Assembly: GCA_964390105.1 (NCBI GenBank) | Contig: CAYMGV010000005.1 | Location: 285-64,284 of the forward strand | Direction of reading: 5' to 3' | DNA length: 64,000 nucleotides | Origin: an uncultured Anaerolineae bacterium | GTDB taxonomy: Bacteria > Chloroflexota > Anaerolineae > Aggregatilineales > UBA3940 | Shown here: positions 9,711 to 18,400 of the stretch, one piece after another | How the letters are laid out: each line of letters opens with the position of its first letter | Numbering within the stretch: the stretch's first letter is position 1 | Program-made: the position numbers and the translations under genes | Notes under the pieces: generated by a model | Database searches by the model: none | What the model saw: the letters and a program-made list of their open reading frames with translations, nothing else | Told to the model about the DNA's origin: nothing

Positions 9711-10742
9711 TTAGCGGGCGGGGTAGTAGCTGCTGATATCGAGGTCGCCGTCGATAATGGCCTGGCGCAGATCGTTGATCTCGGCCTTGAGGTCTTCAGG
9801 AACCGCGTCTTCATACTGGTTGTACGGGCCGATATCGACGCCACCGTTGGCCAGCGTACCGACATAGGTGCCACCGCTGAAGGTGCCGTTCTGTGCCACC
9901 TGGATGGTGTCATAGGCGGCCACGTCGAGCTTCTTAAGGATGCTGGTCAGCATGATGTCACAGTAGGTCTCGGAACTGACGCACCAGTCGGTATCGACAC
10001 CGATCAACATCGCACGGGGGGCTTCCTGTACGGCGGCGGCAGTACCCAGCCCGACCTGGCCCGCCACGGGCAGGATGATATCCGCGCCTTCGCCCAGCAG
10101 GTCTTCACCGGTGCGGCGGCCATCGTCGGTACTCTCGAAGTTGCCGACAAACAGATCAACGCCCAGGACCTCGACATCGGTGCCGTGGACTTCATTGTAG
10201 TACTGTGCCCCGGCGTAGAAGCCATCCATAAAGACCACAACAGGCGGAATCTCAATGCCGCCATACATCCCGATCACGCCGGTCTGGGTCATGCCTGCCG
10301 AGAGGTACCCGGCAAGGAAAGCGGCCTGATCGGTGGCGAAGTCAATTCCCAGCAGGTTACCGGGGGTGTCGTCGCCGAAGTTGTAATCGACGGTGGCGAA
10401 GTCGGTCTCGGGGTTTTCCGCTGCAAAGGCGGCGGTATCATCGGCGGTCAGGTAGCCGACCGTGATGATCAGGTCGTAGTTCTGCTCGACCAGCGTGCTG
10501 ATGTTGGTGGCGTAATCCGTTTGCTGTGCCGATTCAAGTGCCGTCACATCAATACCCAGTTCATCGCGGGCCCGTTCGAAACCCAGCCATGTGGTGGCGT
10601 TAAACGAGCGATCATCAATGCCGTTGGTGTCTGTGATCATCCCGGCACGAAAACCGGTATCTTCGGTGGGGGTACAGGCAGCCAGCAACAAAACTATCAG
10701 CAAGGCAGCCAGCCGCATCATAATGTGATTCTTGTCTTGCAT
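9711..10742 (-). CDS. BMP-family (PnrA/Med-like) ABC-transporter substrate-binding lipoprotein
   Basis: Lipobox LLLAAC. N-terminal FRAGMITDTNGIDDRSFNATTWLGFERA and overall composition typical of basic-membrane-protein nucleoside/sugar binders. RBS agaggga 5 nt upstream. No permease or ATPase genes adjacent. Confidence 0.8.
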   Translation of the reverse strand: MQDKNHIMMRLAALLIVLLLAACTPTEDTGFRAGMITDTNGIDDRSFNATTWLGFERARDELGIDVTALESAQQTDYATNISTLVEQNYDLIITVGYLTADDTAAFAAENPETDFATVDYNFGDDTPGNLLGIDFATDQAAFLAGYLSAGMTQTGVIGMYGGIEIPPVVVFMDGFYAGAQYYNEVHGTDVEVLGVDLFVGNFESTDDGRRTGEDLLGEGADIILPVAGQVGLGTAAAVQEAPRAMLIGVDTDWCVSSETYCDIMLTSILKKLDVAAYDTIQVAQNGTFSGGTYVGTLANGGVDIGPYNQYEDAVPEDLKAEINDLRQAIIDGDLDISSYYPAR

Positions 10743-10886
10743 AGTTCCCTCTTTAATTGTATCTCAAGGCGTTATGGGGATTGGATCGGTAGGTATAGTA
10801 TCGCTTTTACGCCGGGATATCCAGATGACAGCGGGCCGCCGCCTGCGTTAGACTTGATGAATGTTCAAGACGCACAAGGAGGCATC

Positions 10887-11999
10887 ATGCAGCTTCATAC
10901 GCAGGTCATCACCGACCGCGACACCTGGAATGCGACGCTGGCCCGCATCCCGTATGCCCATGTGCTGCAAACATGGGAATGGGGGGAGTTCAAAGCGGCT
11001 ACCACAGGCTGGAAGCCGCAGCGGCTGGCCTATATGCATCGTGGTGCTGTGGTGGCAATGGCGCAGGTGCTGACACGCGAGGAACTGGGTCAGCGTATTA
11101 TGTATGTACCCAAGGGGCCTGCGCTGGATTACAAGGATAAAGACCTGCGAGATTCGGTACTGGAGCAGATGAAGAAGCTGGCCCGAGATGCCAGGGCGAT
11201 CTTCATCAAGATCGACCCTGACATCCCGGTGGGGTGGGGGGAACCCGGTACATCGGAAGCCAGCGAGGACCCACTGGGCAGGAAAGTCGAGGTGGAATGG
11301 GAAGCCACCGGGTTGGTTTATTCACAGGATCAGGTGCAGTTCAGGAATTCGGTGGTGATCGACCTGCGGCGCGAAGAAGACGACCTGCTGATGGCGATGA
11401 AGCAGAAGACACGCTACAACGTCCGGCTCGGCCCCAACAAAAAGGGCGTGACGGTGCGTTTTGGCACGGTGGAAGACCTCGATCTGCTGTATGATCTTTA
11501 CAAAGAAACGGCGGTGCGCGATGAGTTCATCATCCGCCCACTGGATTACTATCGTAAGGCATGGGGGGATTTCATGCGGGCCGGGTTAGCACAGCCAATC
11601 ATCGCGGAGTACAAAGGTGAGCCGATTGCGCATGTGATCATGTTCGGGTTTGGCAAGCGAGCATGGTATTTCTACGGGGCATCATCCGACCATGAACGAA
11701 GCCGTATGCCGACCTATGCGCTGCAATGGGCAGCGATGCGCTGGGCGAAGGCGCAGGGCATGCTCGTCTATGACATGTGGGGCGCGCCGACGAACTTCGA
11801 GGACCCTGACGATGCGTTAGCGGGGGTATTCCGGTTTAAGGATGGGTTCGGTGGAACGGTGGTGCGGCGTATCGGGGCGTGGGATTACGCGCCCAACCCA
11901 ACAATGTACACGCTCTACACGCGGCTGATGCCGCTGGCTCTGAAGGCCATGAAGCTGGTGGCGCGCCGCCGTATGTCCTCAGATACACACGGCGGATAA
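10887..11999 (+). CDS. FemAB-family peptidoglycan interpeptide-bridge aminoacyltransferase (paralog 1)
   Basis: ATG at 10887 preceded by aaggagg. Motifs HVLQTWEWGEFK and WYFYGASSDHERSRMPTYALQWAAMRWAKAQGMLVYDMWG. The upstream part of the 773-aa track ORF is antisense to the BMP gene and was rejected. Confidence 0.85.
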   Translation: MQLHTQVITDRDTWNATLARIPYAHVLQTWEWGEFKAATTGWKPQRLAYMHRGAVVAMAQVLTREELGQRIMYVPKGPALDYKDKDLRDSVLEQMKKLARDARAIFIKIDPDIPVGWGEPGTSEASEDPLGRKVEVEWEATGLVYSQDQVQFRNSVVIDLRREEDDLLMAMKQKTRYNVRLGPNKKGVTVRFGTVEDLDLLYDLYKETAVRDEFIIRPLDYYRKAWGDFMRAGLAQPIIAEYKGEPIAHVIMFGFGKRAWYFYGASSDHERSRMPTYALQWAAMRWAKAQGMLVYDMWGAPTNFEDPDDALAGVFRFKDGFGGTVVRRIGAWDYAPNPTMYTLYTRLMPLALKAMKLVARRRMSSDTHGG

Positions 12000-12020
12000 G
12001 GCATTGGAAGGGAATCAAAA

Positions 12021-12050
12021 AAACGGGGAGGTCCACAGCCTTCCCGTTTT
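12021..12050. terminator. Bidirectional terminator hairpin
   Basis: aaacggggagg / ccttcccgttt stem, with an A-run on the 5' side and a T-run on the 3' side, between convergent genes. Confidence 0.7.
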
Positions 12051-12064
12051 CGATGCAGGGCAGG

Positions 12065-12796
12065 TTAGTCCACAGGTTCCGCAGTTTGATAGTGCGGAAA
12101 CACGTTCTGCAGCCAGATGCGGTTGGCGCGGTAAAGATAGGTTGAACCCCAGAACAAGGTCGTCAGAACGAAGTAAATAACACCTAATGGGATGAGTGAC
12201 TGTGCCCAGCGCCCCGACAGCCAGTAATAACGGGCGTCCAGTGGGGTGACGACCCAGCGTCCGGCGACGTGTTCCAGCACATACGAGGTGCGCTTGTATG
12301 TCTGATTATCGGTGTACACATAGGTCAGGAAGCGGGCCTCGCTCATGGCAGCGCTCCACTCCGACGGCGTGGACTCGAAGTACAGCACAGTCTTCCAGCC
12401 AACCGTGGCATCGTTGACGAATGCGACTTCCATGTTCGGGTTCCGCTGATAGGCGATCTGGCCCGTCTGCGCATAGAGTTGATCAAACAAGGGCAGGCTG
12501 GCGGTCTGCACGGCGGTGGCGAGTGCAGCAGCGGTTTCACCGGGCTGGTCGTAATGCTCGACGTACTCCGGCGCAAAGTAGGTGGCGTCGAACCGGTTAT
12601 TGTTGCCCAGTGTGGCGGCCCCCACAAACAGCAGGAAGACCAGGATGGGCAGCGCATACCAGAACAGCAGCCAGCGGGTGTTAATGATCGATTTGAAAGA
12701 AGGCCGCTGCTGCCGGATGGTGACGGATGCGCCGAGTGTACCACCTTTGCGCGTGACCTGATCTTCCCTGAGTACACGGTATCGATTATGTGTCAT
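12065..12796 (-). CDS. Hypothetical membrane protein (N- and C-terminal TM helices flanking an extracytoplasmic domain)
   Basis: 243-aa ORF. Hydrophobic segments WLLFWYALPILVFLLFVGAA and LIPLGVIYFVLTTLFWG. No recognisable family motif. Confidence 0.6.
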   Translation of the reverse strand: MTHNRYRVLREDQVTRKGGTLGASVTIRQQRPSFKSIINTRWLLFWYALPILVFLLFVGAATLGNNNRFDATYFAPEYVEHYDQPGETAAALATAVQTASLPLFDQLYAQTGQIAYQRNPNMEVAFVNDATVGWKTVLYFESTPSEWSAAMSEARFLTYVYTDNQTYKRTSYVLEHVAGRWVVTPLDARYYWLSGRWAQSLIPLGVIYFVLTTLFWGSTYLYRANRIWLQNVFPHYQTAEPVD

Positions 12797-12851
12797 GATC
12801 CCCTCATATCTGGCAAATATAAATCACCTCAATGGATTAGATGTTAGCGTA

Positions 12852-12867
12852 TTAGATATATATCTAA
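12852..12867. repeat. Perfect 16-bp AT-rich palindrome in a divergent promoter region (candidate operator)
   Basis: ttagatatatatctaa. A half-site-like attagat is repeated 16 nt upstream. Lies in a 308-bp AT-rich gap. Confidence 0.5.
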
Positions 12868-13104
12868 CAAGTATTGTAACTACTCAGGCCACTTTTTGTG
12901 CCTAATTTGAGATATCGAACGATCTTCACGCCATATGTTTTGTACCTGAACACAATCCAAAATGTCAATCAAGATCGCAAATCTGAGTACAAAATCAGGC
13001 TGAGTAGTAACCAAGTATTTATACAAATTGAAGGCAGGAGTACCATGAGTCACCGGGATCAGGTAGACTGTGGGTAGAAACCAACACACAAGGGATAGTG
13101 TGTC

Positions 13105-14112
13105 ATGATAATTTTCGAGACTCTTGATAAACTGCCTCGTGAGCAGGTCGCATTTCTGCCCACCCCCTGTTATCCACTGATCCGGTTTGCCGATGAGCTG
13201 GGTGGGCCGGAAATCTGGATCAAACGAGATGACCAGACTGGCCTGGCGACGGGCGGCAATAAAACCCGTAAACTCGAATACCTGGTAGGCGCGGCCCTTG
13301 AAGCGCGTGCCGACTGCTTGATTACCGCCGGTTCCACCCAGTCTAACCATGCCCGGCAGACGGCAGCAGCAGCCCGCGCGTGCGGCCTGACCCCGCACCT
13401 GGTACTGTATGCGCCCGGTGGTCATCCTCCTGGAGAAATACAAGGGAATGTGCTGCTCGATAGGCTGCTGGGTGCTGAAATCCATTGGACGGATGAAAAG
13501 GCCCCCTACAGGGAGAGCCTCGTGCGGTTGGCCGATGAACTGCGCGTGCAAGGCATGAACCCGTATATCATCCCATATGGTGGCTCTAACGAGATCGGCA
13601 TGATGGGGTACGTGGATGCGATGCGCGAAGCTGTCGTGCAGCTTGGCGAAGGAGGCGTCACGCATGTTGTCGCCACATCATCAGGGGGCACCCAGGCGGG
13701 GATGCTTCTTGGTTCTGTGTTGACGGGTACCGCTGCGACATCACGCGTGGTCGGTATCAGTGTGGATGAGCATGCTGATGAATTGGCTCCACGCGTGGCG
13801 GACCTTGTCAACCGGGGCGGGGCGCTGCTGGGCTTCGAGTGGGAGATTACCCCGGTTGACCCGGCCATCGAGATCGTGGATGACTACCTTGGCGGCGGAT
13901 ATGCCGTGGTGGGTGAGCCGGAGCGCCGTGCGATCCGGCTGCTGGCCCAAACGGAAGGAATCCTGGCAGACCCGGTATACACGGGGCGGGCATTGGCTGG
14001 CCTGATCGACATGGTGGAACGCAGCATTATCAGGGATGACAAGCCAGTTGTATTCTGGCATACGGGTGGCACCTTATCGCTCACGGCGTTTAATGACGTG
14101 CTGCTGGATTAA
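13105..14112 (+). CDS. dcyD: PLP-dependent D-cysteine desulfhydrase / ACC deaminase family enzyme
   Basis: Collinear with the DcyD pattern: IWIKRDDQTGLATGGNKTRKLEYL, ITAGSTQSNHARQTA, PYGGSNEIG, DPVYTGRALAGLID, FWHTGG. Confidence 0.85.
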   Translation: MIIFETLDKLPREQVAFLPTPCYPLIRFADELGGPEIWIKRDDQTGLATGGNKTRKLEYLVGAALEARADCLITAGSTQSNHARQTAAAARACGLTPHLVLYAPGGHPPGEIQGNVLLDRLLGAEIHWTDEKAPYRESLVRLADELRVQGMNPYIIPYGGSNEIGMMGYVDAMREAVVQLGEGGVTHVVATSSGGTQAGMLLGSVLTGTAATSRVVGISVDEHADELAPRVADLVNRGGALLGFEWEITPVDPAIEIVDDYLGGGYAVVGEPERRAIRLLAQTEGILADPVYTGRALAGLIDMVERSIIRDDKPVVFWHTGGTLSLTAFNDVLLD

Positions 14113-14129
14113 AACCGCAAACAGGAACG

Positions 14130-14159
14130 AACGGCTGGCTCGCAAGGGAGCCAGCCGTT
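14130..14159. terminator. Bidirectional terminator hairpin
   Basis: aacggctggctc / gagccagccgtt stem followed by tttct, between convergent genes. Confidence 0.75.
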
Positions 14160-14165
14160 TTCTGA

Positions 14166-14654
14166 TCAGGGCAAGTAGCTTTCGATGGTGTGTTTGTTGA
14201 CAAAGGCCAATGGTGCGACGCCGCTGATCGGGACGTTGAGCGGGCGGACACTGTATACCTCGACGCCCGTGGCCGGGAACATCGGGCCGGGACTCTGGAA
14301 GATATCGATGCCCTTCGTCTCAGCACCGCCGTAGAACGTACCCTTGACAGCGTAGGTGCTGGTGAACAGGGTCAAGCCCAACGTTTTGGGCAGCAGGTTG
14401 GCCTCCGCCGCGCTGAAGTTATCGATAATAACAACCTCGACCATCTCACGCGGCACGTAGATTTCAGAGCCGCTCAGCGTCCCCGCCGGGGACCCGGCGA
14501 TCAGCGGGGTGATTGAGGCACCAGTGACGCGATAGACCGGGACGGTCGGGTCATTGACCCATAGGGCAAAGCTGCCAATGGGCTGAATGGTGCCTTCAAT
14601 GGAATAGTTGCTGGTTAGCAGTTGGACTGATTTGTTTGATAGCTGGACTTGCAT
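14166..14654 (-). CDS. Hypothetical soluble protein made of two internal repeats of about 70 aa
   Basis: 162-aa ORF. LLTSNYSIEGTI...IYVPREMVEVVI is repeated as LFTSTYAVKGTF...AFVNKHTIESYL. Last gene of a minus-strand femAB / 2-TM / this-gene cluster. Confidence 0.55.
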   Translation of the reverse strand: MQVQLSNKSVQLLTSNYSIEGTIQPIGSFALWVNDPTVPVYRVTGASITPLIAGSPAGTLSGSEIYVPREMVEVVIIDNFSAAEANLLPKTLGLTLFTSTYAVKGTFYGGAETKGIDIFQSPGPMFPATGVEVYSVRPLNVPISGVAPLAFVNKHTIESYLP

Positions 14655-14708
14655 CCCTTGCTCCTCTTTTTATGTCTGCAACGAAGTGGTGACTGACACC
14701 CGGGGAAC

Positions 14709-15263
14709 CTATCGTTTGCGATCCCGGTACAGGGTGTGCCCCGGCTTTTTACGGTTAAGCGGGTGTTTGTGATGTTCCAGCCGCCGGATCAGGTCCTGGT
14801 AGTTGTTATGATCCGGGGTCAGGACAAACACCGGGACGCGCCCGGCACCATAATAGAGGCCGACCAGTGCCAGGATACCAACCCCCGCCACGCTGATCAG
14901 GTGAACCTTATGCCACTGGGAACGAGTGATCAGCCGGATGTGAAGCGGAGGGGTCACTTCTTCGATCAGCATGATCTTCGCGGCGCTGGCCGGGATACGG
15001 ATAACCCACGGCCCCAGCATGTTGATCTCCAGCGCCTCGGGGGTCAGGGTCAGGTCGGCGGTGGTGGCAAGAATGGCGGTGACTACCAGTATCGAGAGCC
15101 AGATCAGGGGCAGGAACAGCAGTACCCAGATCAGAGCGCGCGGGATCACCAGTGAGTTCAGGGCCAATGACAATGGAATGCCACCGAAGATCAGCAGCAC
15201 AATAGCGCGGATAAGGGTTCGTTTGCGCCGGTTGTCGGGCAGATATCGGTACGTTTGCTGCAT
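14709..15263 (-). CDS. Small membrane protein, paralog of 9093..9635
   Basis: N-terminal TM pair. C-terminal YYGAGRVPVFVLTPDHNNYQDLI matches YFGTRGVPAFLVTSRHAEFESLL of the other copy. Starts 16 nt downstream of the femAB paralog 2 stop. Confidence 0.6.
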   Translation of the reverse strand: MQQTYRYLPDNRRKRTLIRAIVLLIFGGIPLSLALNSLVIPRALIWVLLFLPLIWLSILVVTAILATTADLTLTPEALEINMLGPWVIRIPASAAKIMLIEEVTPPLHIRLITRSQWHKVHLISVAGVGILALVGLYYGAGRVPVFVLTPDHNNYQDLIRRLEHHKHPLNRKKPGHTLYRDRKR

Positions 15264-15278
15264 GATGTGGCTCCTGGG

Positions 15279-16325
15279 CTAGGATCGGATTTGCAGGATG
15301 GCCTCATAGGCGGTGTAAACCAGTGGGTTCAGCACGAGGTCCCATGCGCCAACAGCGCGTGACACGACCCCGCCAAAGCCACGCTTGAATCCGTAGACTC
15401 CCCACAGGCCATCGTCACGGCCCTGGAATCGGGCTTCAAGTGTATCCTCGTCCGCATCGGGGATACCCCACATATCATACCAGCGGCAGCCCTTCTCGCG
15501 TGCCCATTTGATCGCCTCCCACTGAAGCCCGTAGGTCGCCATGCGATTACGCTCAATCGAGGCGGAGGCCCCGTAGAAATACCACGCGCGGCTGCCCTGT
15601 GCATAGCACATGATGGCCCCCAGTGTTTTGCCTTCCCACTCAGCCAGGATCAACGTGACTTTACCCGGCCTGCCAAACAGGGCATAAGCCATCTGGTAGT
15701 ACTTCTGGCTGTGGACGCCGAAGTCATTGCGCTCGGAGGTCTCCTCGATCACGGCGCTGAAGGTCTCGATATCATGCACCGTGCCATGACGGTAGGTTAC
15801 GCCCTTCTTATAAGGTGTGCGCACCTTGCGCCGTGTACCCTGGCTCATGCGCATCAGGATGTCATCCTCGGTTCCTGAGAGATCAATGAGGATGGTGCGC
15901 GGTGGCTGCACCGTCTGGCGTGATTCTCTCAGGCCAAGCCCTTTGAGCATGGCCCGATTCGGGGGGGTGTCATCAAGGTCTGGCTCAAATTTGATGGCAA
16001 ATGCTCCGTTGCTGCGGGCGGCTTTTGTGAGTGCGTTCAACATGGCATCGCGGCCCGGTGCATCGTACCAGTCCATCACCGGGCCGCGCGGCACATAGGC
16101 CAGCCTGCTGAGATTGAGCGGCAGCGACCGGTATAGCATCAGGGCGACGGCCTGCGGCCTGTCTTTTCCATGGTGGGCCAGCGCTACCTGCTGATCCTGC
16201 CAGTCGAAGGCGCGTTTAAGCTGCCCCCAGCGTGCGGTTTGCAGGATGTGCCCATCGCGAGCATCGACAAAGGCATCCCACTGTCCATTTTTAACCGTGA
16301 TCGGTTGGTAGGCTTGTGTCATCAT
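15279..16325 (-). CDS. FemAB-family peptidoglycan interpeptide-bridge aminoacyltransferase (paralog 2)
   Basis: Motifs HILQTARWGQLK and WYFYGASASIERNRMATYGLQWEAIKWAREKGCRWYDMWG. Start set at the MMTQAYQ methionine (16325 or 16322). The longer track ORF (to 16466) adds a non-homologous extension. Confidence 0.8.
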   Translation of the reverse strand: MMTQAYQPITVKNGQWDAFVDARDGHILQTARWGQLKRAFDWQDQQVALAHHGKDRPQAVALMLYRSLPLNLSRLAYVPRGPVMDWYDAPGRDAMLNALTKAARSNGAFAIKFEPDLDDTPPNRAMLKGLGLRESRQTVQPPRTILIDLSGTEDDILMRMSQGTRRKVRTPYKKGVTYRHGTVHDIETFSAVIEETSERNDFGVHSQKYYQMAYALFGRPGKVTLILAEWEGKTLGAIMCYAQGSRAWYFYGASASIERNRMATYGLQWEAIKWAREKGCRWYDMWGIPDADEDTLEARFQGRDDGLWGVYGFKRGFGGVVSRAVGAWDLVLNPLVYTAYEAILQIRS

Positions 16326-16450
16326 GGTGGGATTATACATCGGTGGATGCGGTGGCTGAAACCAGTGGTCGATATTTGTTGTTATACGGCCCCCGCTGTA
16401 TATTGAAATCATGGCGCTATCCGCCGATCCAGACACGAACAGGGCAGGAC

Positions 16451-17677
16451 ATGAAAAGGCAGCCAATTCATCAGGCGATCACCATCACATTTACCAGCCT
16501 CATCCTGAGTGGTTGTGCGCTGATTCCGCTGGGCATGGCCCCGGCCTCGACGCCATCAGGCGATACGATTATGACGCAGCCCACCATTACGCCAACCCCG
16601 ACCGTGACCCCCGCGCCCACGGCGACGCCAAGCCCGGTTCCTCGGCTGGGCGGTACGGCATCCAGCGGAGAGGTGTTGTACACCCGCGATGGCGTGCTGT
16701 ATGCAGCCCTGACCGATGGCAGCGGTGAGCATACAGTAGCTGACCTGCGCGGTGAGGCTGTTGGGCGCGAGGTGAGCCTGTCACCAGATGGGCACTTTGC
16801 AGCGTTCACAGTCGATGCGCTGGAACTGGTCGTAGTGGAACTGACCAGCGGTAACCTGATCGCGGTGGATACAGTCAGCGGGGGGGTGTTCAGCGGATTG
16901 GTATGGTCTGCCGATTCAAGCACCTTGTATTACGGCGTCACGCATCTTGATCTTGAGGATTCTTCTGCAACGGCAGTGCAGATTCGCGCGGTCACCTTCC
17001 CGGAGAACGGTGCCCCCATCGAACGAACGGACGTGGAACTCGGAGAATCACCCACCTCGTATATCCCGGCAGGTGGGCTGACTGCTGGCTACTTCCTTGT
17101 ATATGAAGTGGTGAGTAGTGGTGATGCCGAGGGTCGCGTGCTGATGGTAACGCCTGAACAGACCGTTGTGCCGCTGTGGGCACTCGATCCCGATCGGCCC
17201 GCCGCAGTGTGGGACGTCTCTACCGGTGGGAGTCTGATCCTGCTCTCGGCACGCAACGAAGGCGAGAACGGCGAGCGCCTGCTCCAGCTTGTAACGGCAC
17301 CATTCTCGGCGGGGGACCGGGTGGGCGAGCTGCAAACGCTGACCCCGGCAAACTTTGGCACGATCCGGGATGCTGCCATCGAACCGGGCGGCAATCGTGT
17401 TGCCGCGATCCGGGTACGCAGGGCAGGCGATGATGGCCGCCTCGTTGAGATCGTGACCCTGGCTCCATCGGAAGGGGAGGGGGATACCGTTGTTGAGACG
17501 GTATCGGCAGCACTGCCTGCCGATCCGCAGCGGGTGTACTGGGTCGATGCGAACCATGTCATGGTGACATTGCAGGTCAGTGGGGAGGACTCGGCAGCGG
17601 GGTGGCTGGTAACGCTGGATGACAGCGCAGATCCCCTGCGTGCTGTGCCCGGTATGACGCATGGGGTGATGCCGTAA
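16451..17677 (+). CDS. Lipoprotein with PT-rich linker and beta-propeller-like (TolB/PD40-like) body, tentative
   Basis: MKRQPIHQAITITFTSLILSGC lipobox, then a TPTPT linker, then repeated segments of the type DG..L.YT..DG / SPDGHFAAF. Confidence 0.6.
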   Translation: MKRQPIHQAITITFTSLILSGCALIPLGMAPASTPSGDTIMTQPTITPTPTVTPAPTATPSPVPRLGGTASSGEVLYTRDGVLYAALTDGSGEHTVADLRGEAVGREVSLSPDGHFAAFTVDALELVVVELTSGNLIAVDTVSGGVFSGLVWSADSSTLYYGVTHLDLEDSSATAVQIRAVTFPENGAPIERTDVELGESPTSYIPAGGLTAGYFLVYEVVSSGDAEGRVLMVTPEQTVVPLWALDPDRPAAVWDVSTGGSLILLSARNEGENGERLLQLVTAPFSAGDRVGELQTLTPANFGTIRDAAIEPGGNRVAAIRVRRAGDDGRLVEIVTLAPSEGEGDTVVETVSAALPADPQRVYWVDANHVMVTLQVSGEDSAAGWLVTLDDSADPLRAVPGMTHGVMP

Positions 17678-17920
17678 GCCCCGGTTACGATAATTGGAGA
17701 TATGACGTATTGTGTATCGGATCGATGGTCCGTATCAACGAGTTCCATGCAGCGTGCGGGTATATCCCAACATCACTTATCCGTTTGTGTTTTAATACTC
17801 GAATTGATATACTTGCAAGGCAATTGTTAAACAATTTGCTGCTATACACACAGCTTAGTGACGCACAATTGCAGCTATCCTGAAACTCGTTCAAACCTCA
17901 ATGTAAGGAGTGGCTCACCC

Positions 17921-18274
17921 GTGAGTGAGTGGGCATTCATTGGACTACTAATGATCACGTCCCTGGCTTTGCCTGCCATCCCGATTATCGGCGGGCGTGT
18001 GCTGGGGCCGCGCAAACCCAATGCGATGAAAAACAGCACTTACGAATGTGGTGTTGAAACCGTTGGGGATACCTGGGTCCAGTTCAAGGTGCAGTATTAC
18101 ATCTTTGCACTGGTCTTTCTTGTGTTTGATATTGAGGCGATCTTCCTGTTTCCATGGGCGGTCGCATACAATAAGCTGCCGCTCTTTGGTGTACTGATGG
18201 GCGTCGTCTTCATCATTACGCTGGCCGAAGCACTGCTCTATGCGTGGCGTGCAGGTGCCCTTGAGTGGCAGTAA
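17921..18274 (+). CDS. nuoA: NADH-quinone oxidoreductase subunit A
   Basis: GTG start after aaggag. STYECGVETVGDTWVQFKVQYYIFALVFLVFDIEAIFLFPWA is the NuoA/ND3 signature. Confidence 0.9.
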   Translation: MSEWAFIGLLMITSLALPAIPIIGGRVLGPRKPNAMKNSTYECGVETVGDTWVQFKVQYYIFALVFLVFDIEAIFLFPWAVAYNKLPLFGVLMGVVFIITLAEALLYAWRAGALEWQ

Positions 18275-18400
18275 TGTTGACCATTGCCTGGATAAGCCGG
18301 TAGCGAGTTTGACGTTATCGGCTTTTTCATGCCAGCAGCGGGTTCCCTTTGAACGGGACCACGCTGCCCCATTCGTCAGAATTCTTTCGGAGCATTCTGC

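Noticed and set aside
9678-10886. 5' two-fifths of the 773-aa plus-strand track ORF (9678..11999)
   Set aside because: It is exactly antisense to the well-supported BMP-family lipoprotein gene. Its translation is G/V/A/D-rich with no motif, and it begins inside a terminator hairpin. The FemAB homology starts only at the RBS-preceded ATG at 10887.
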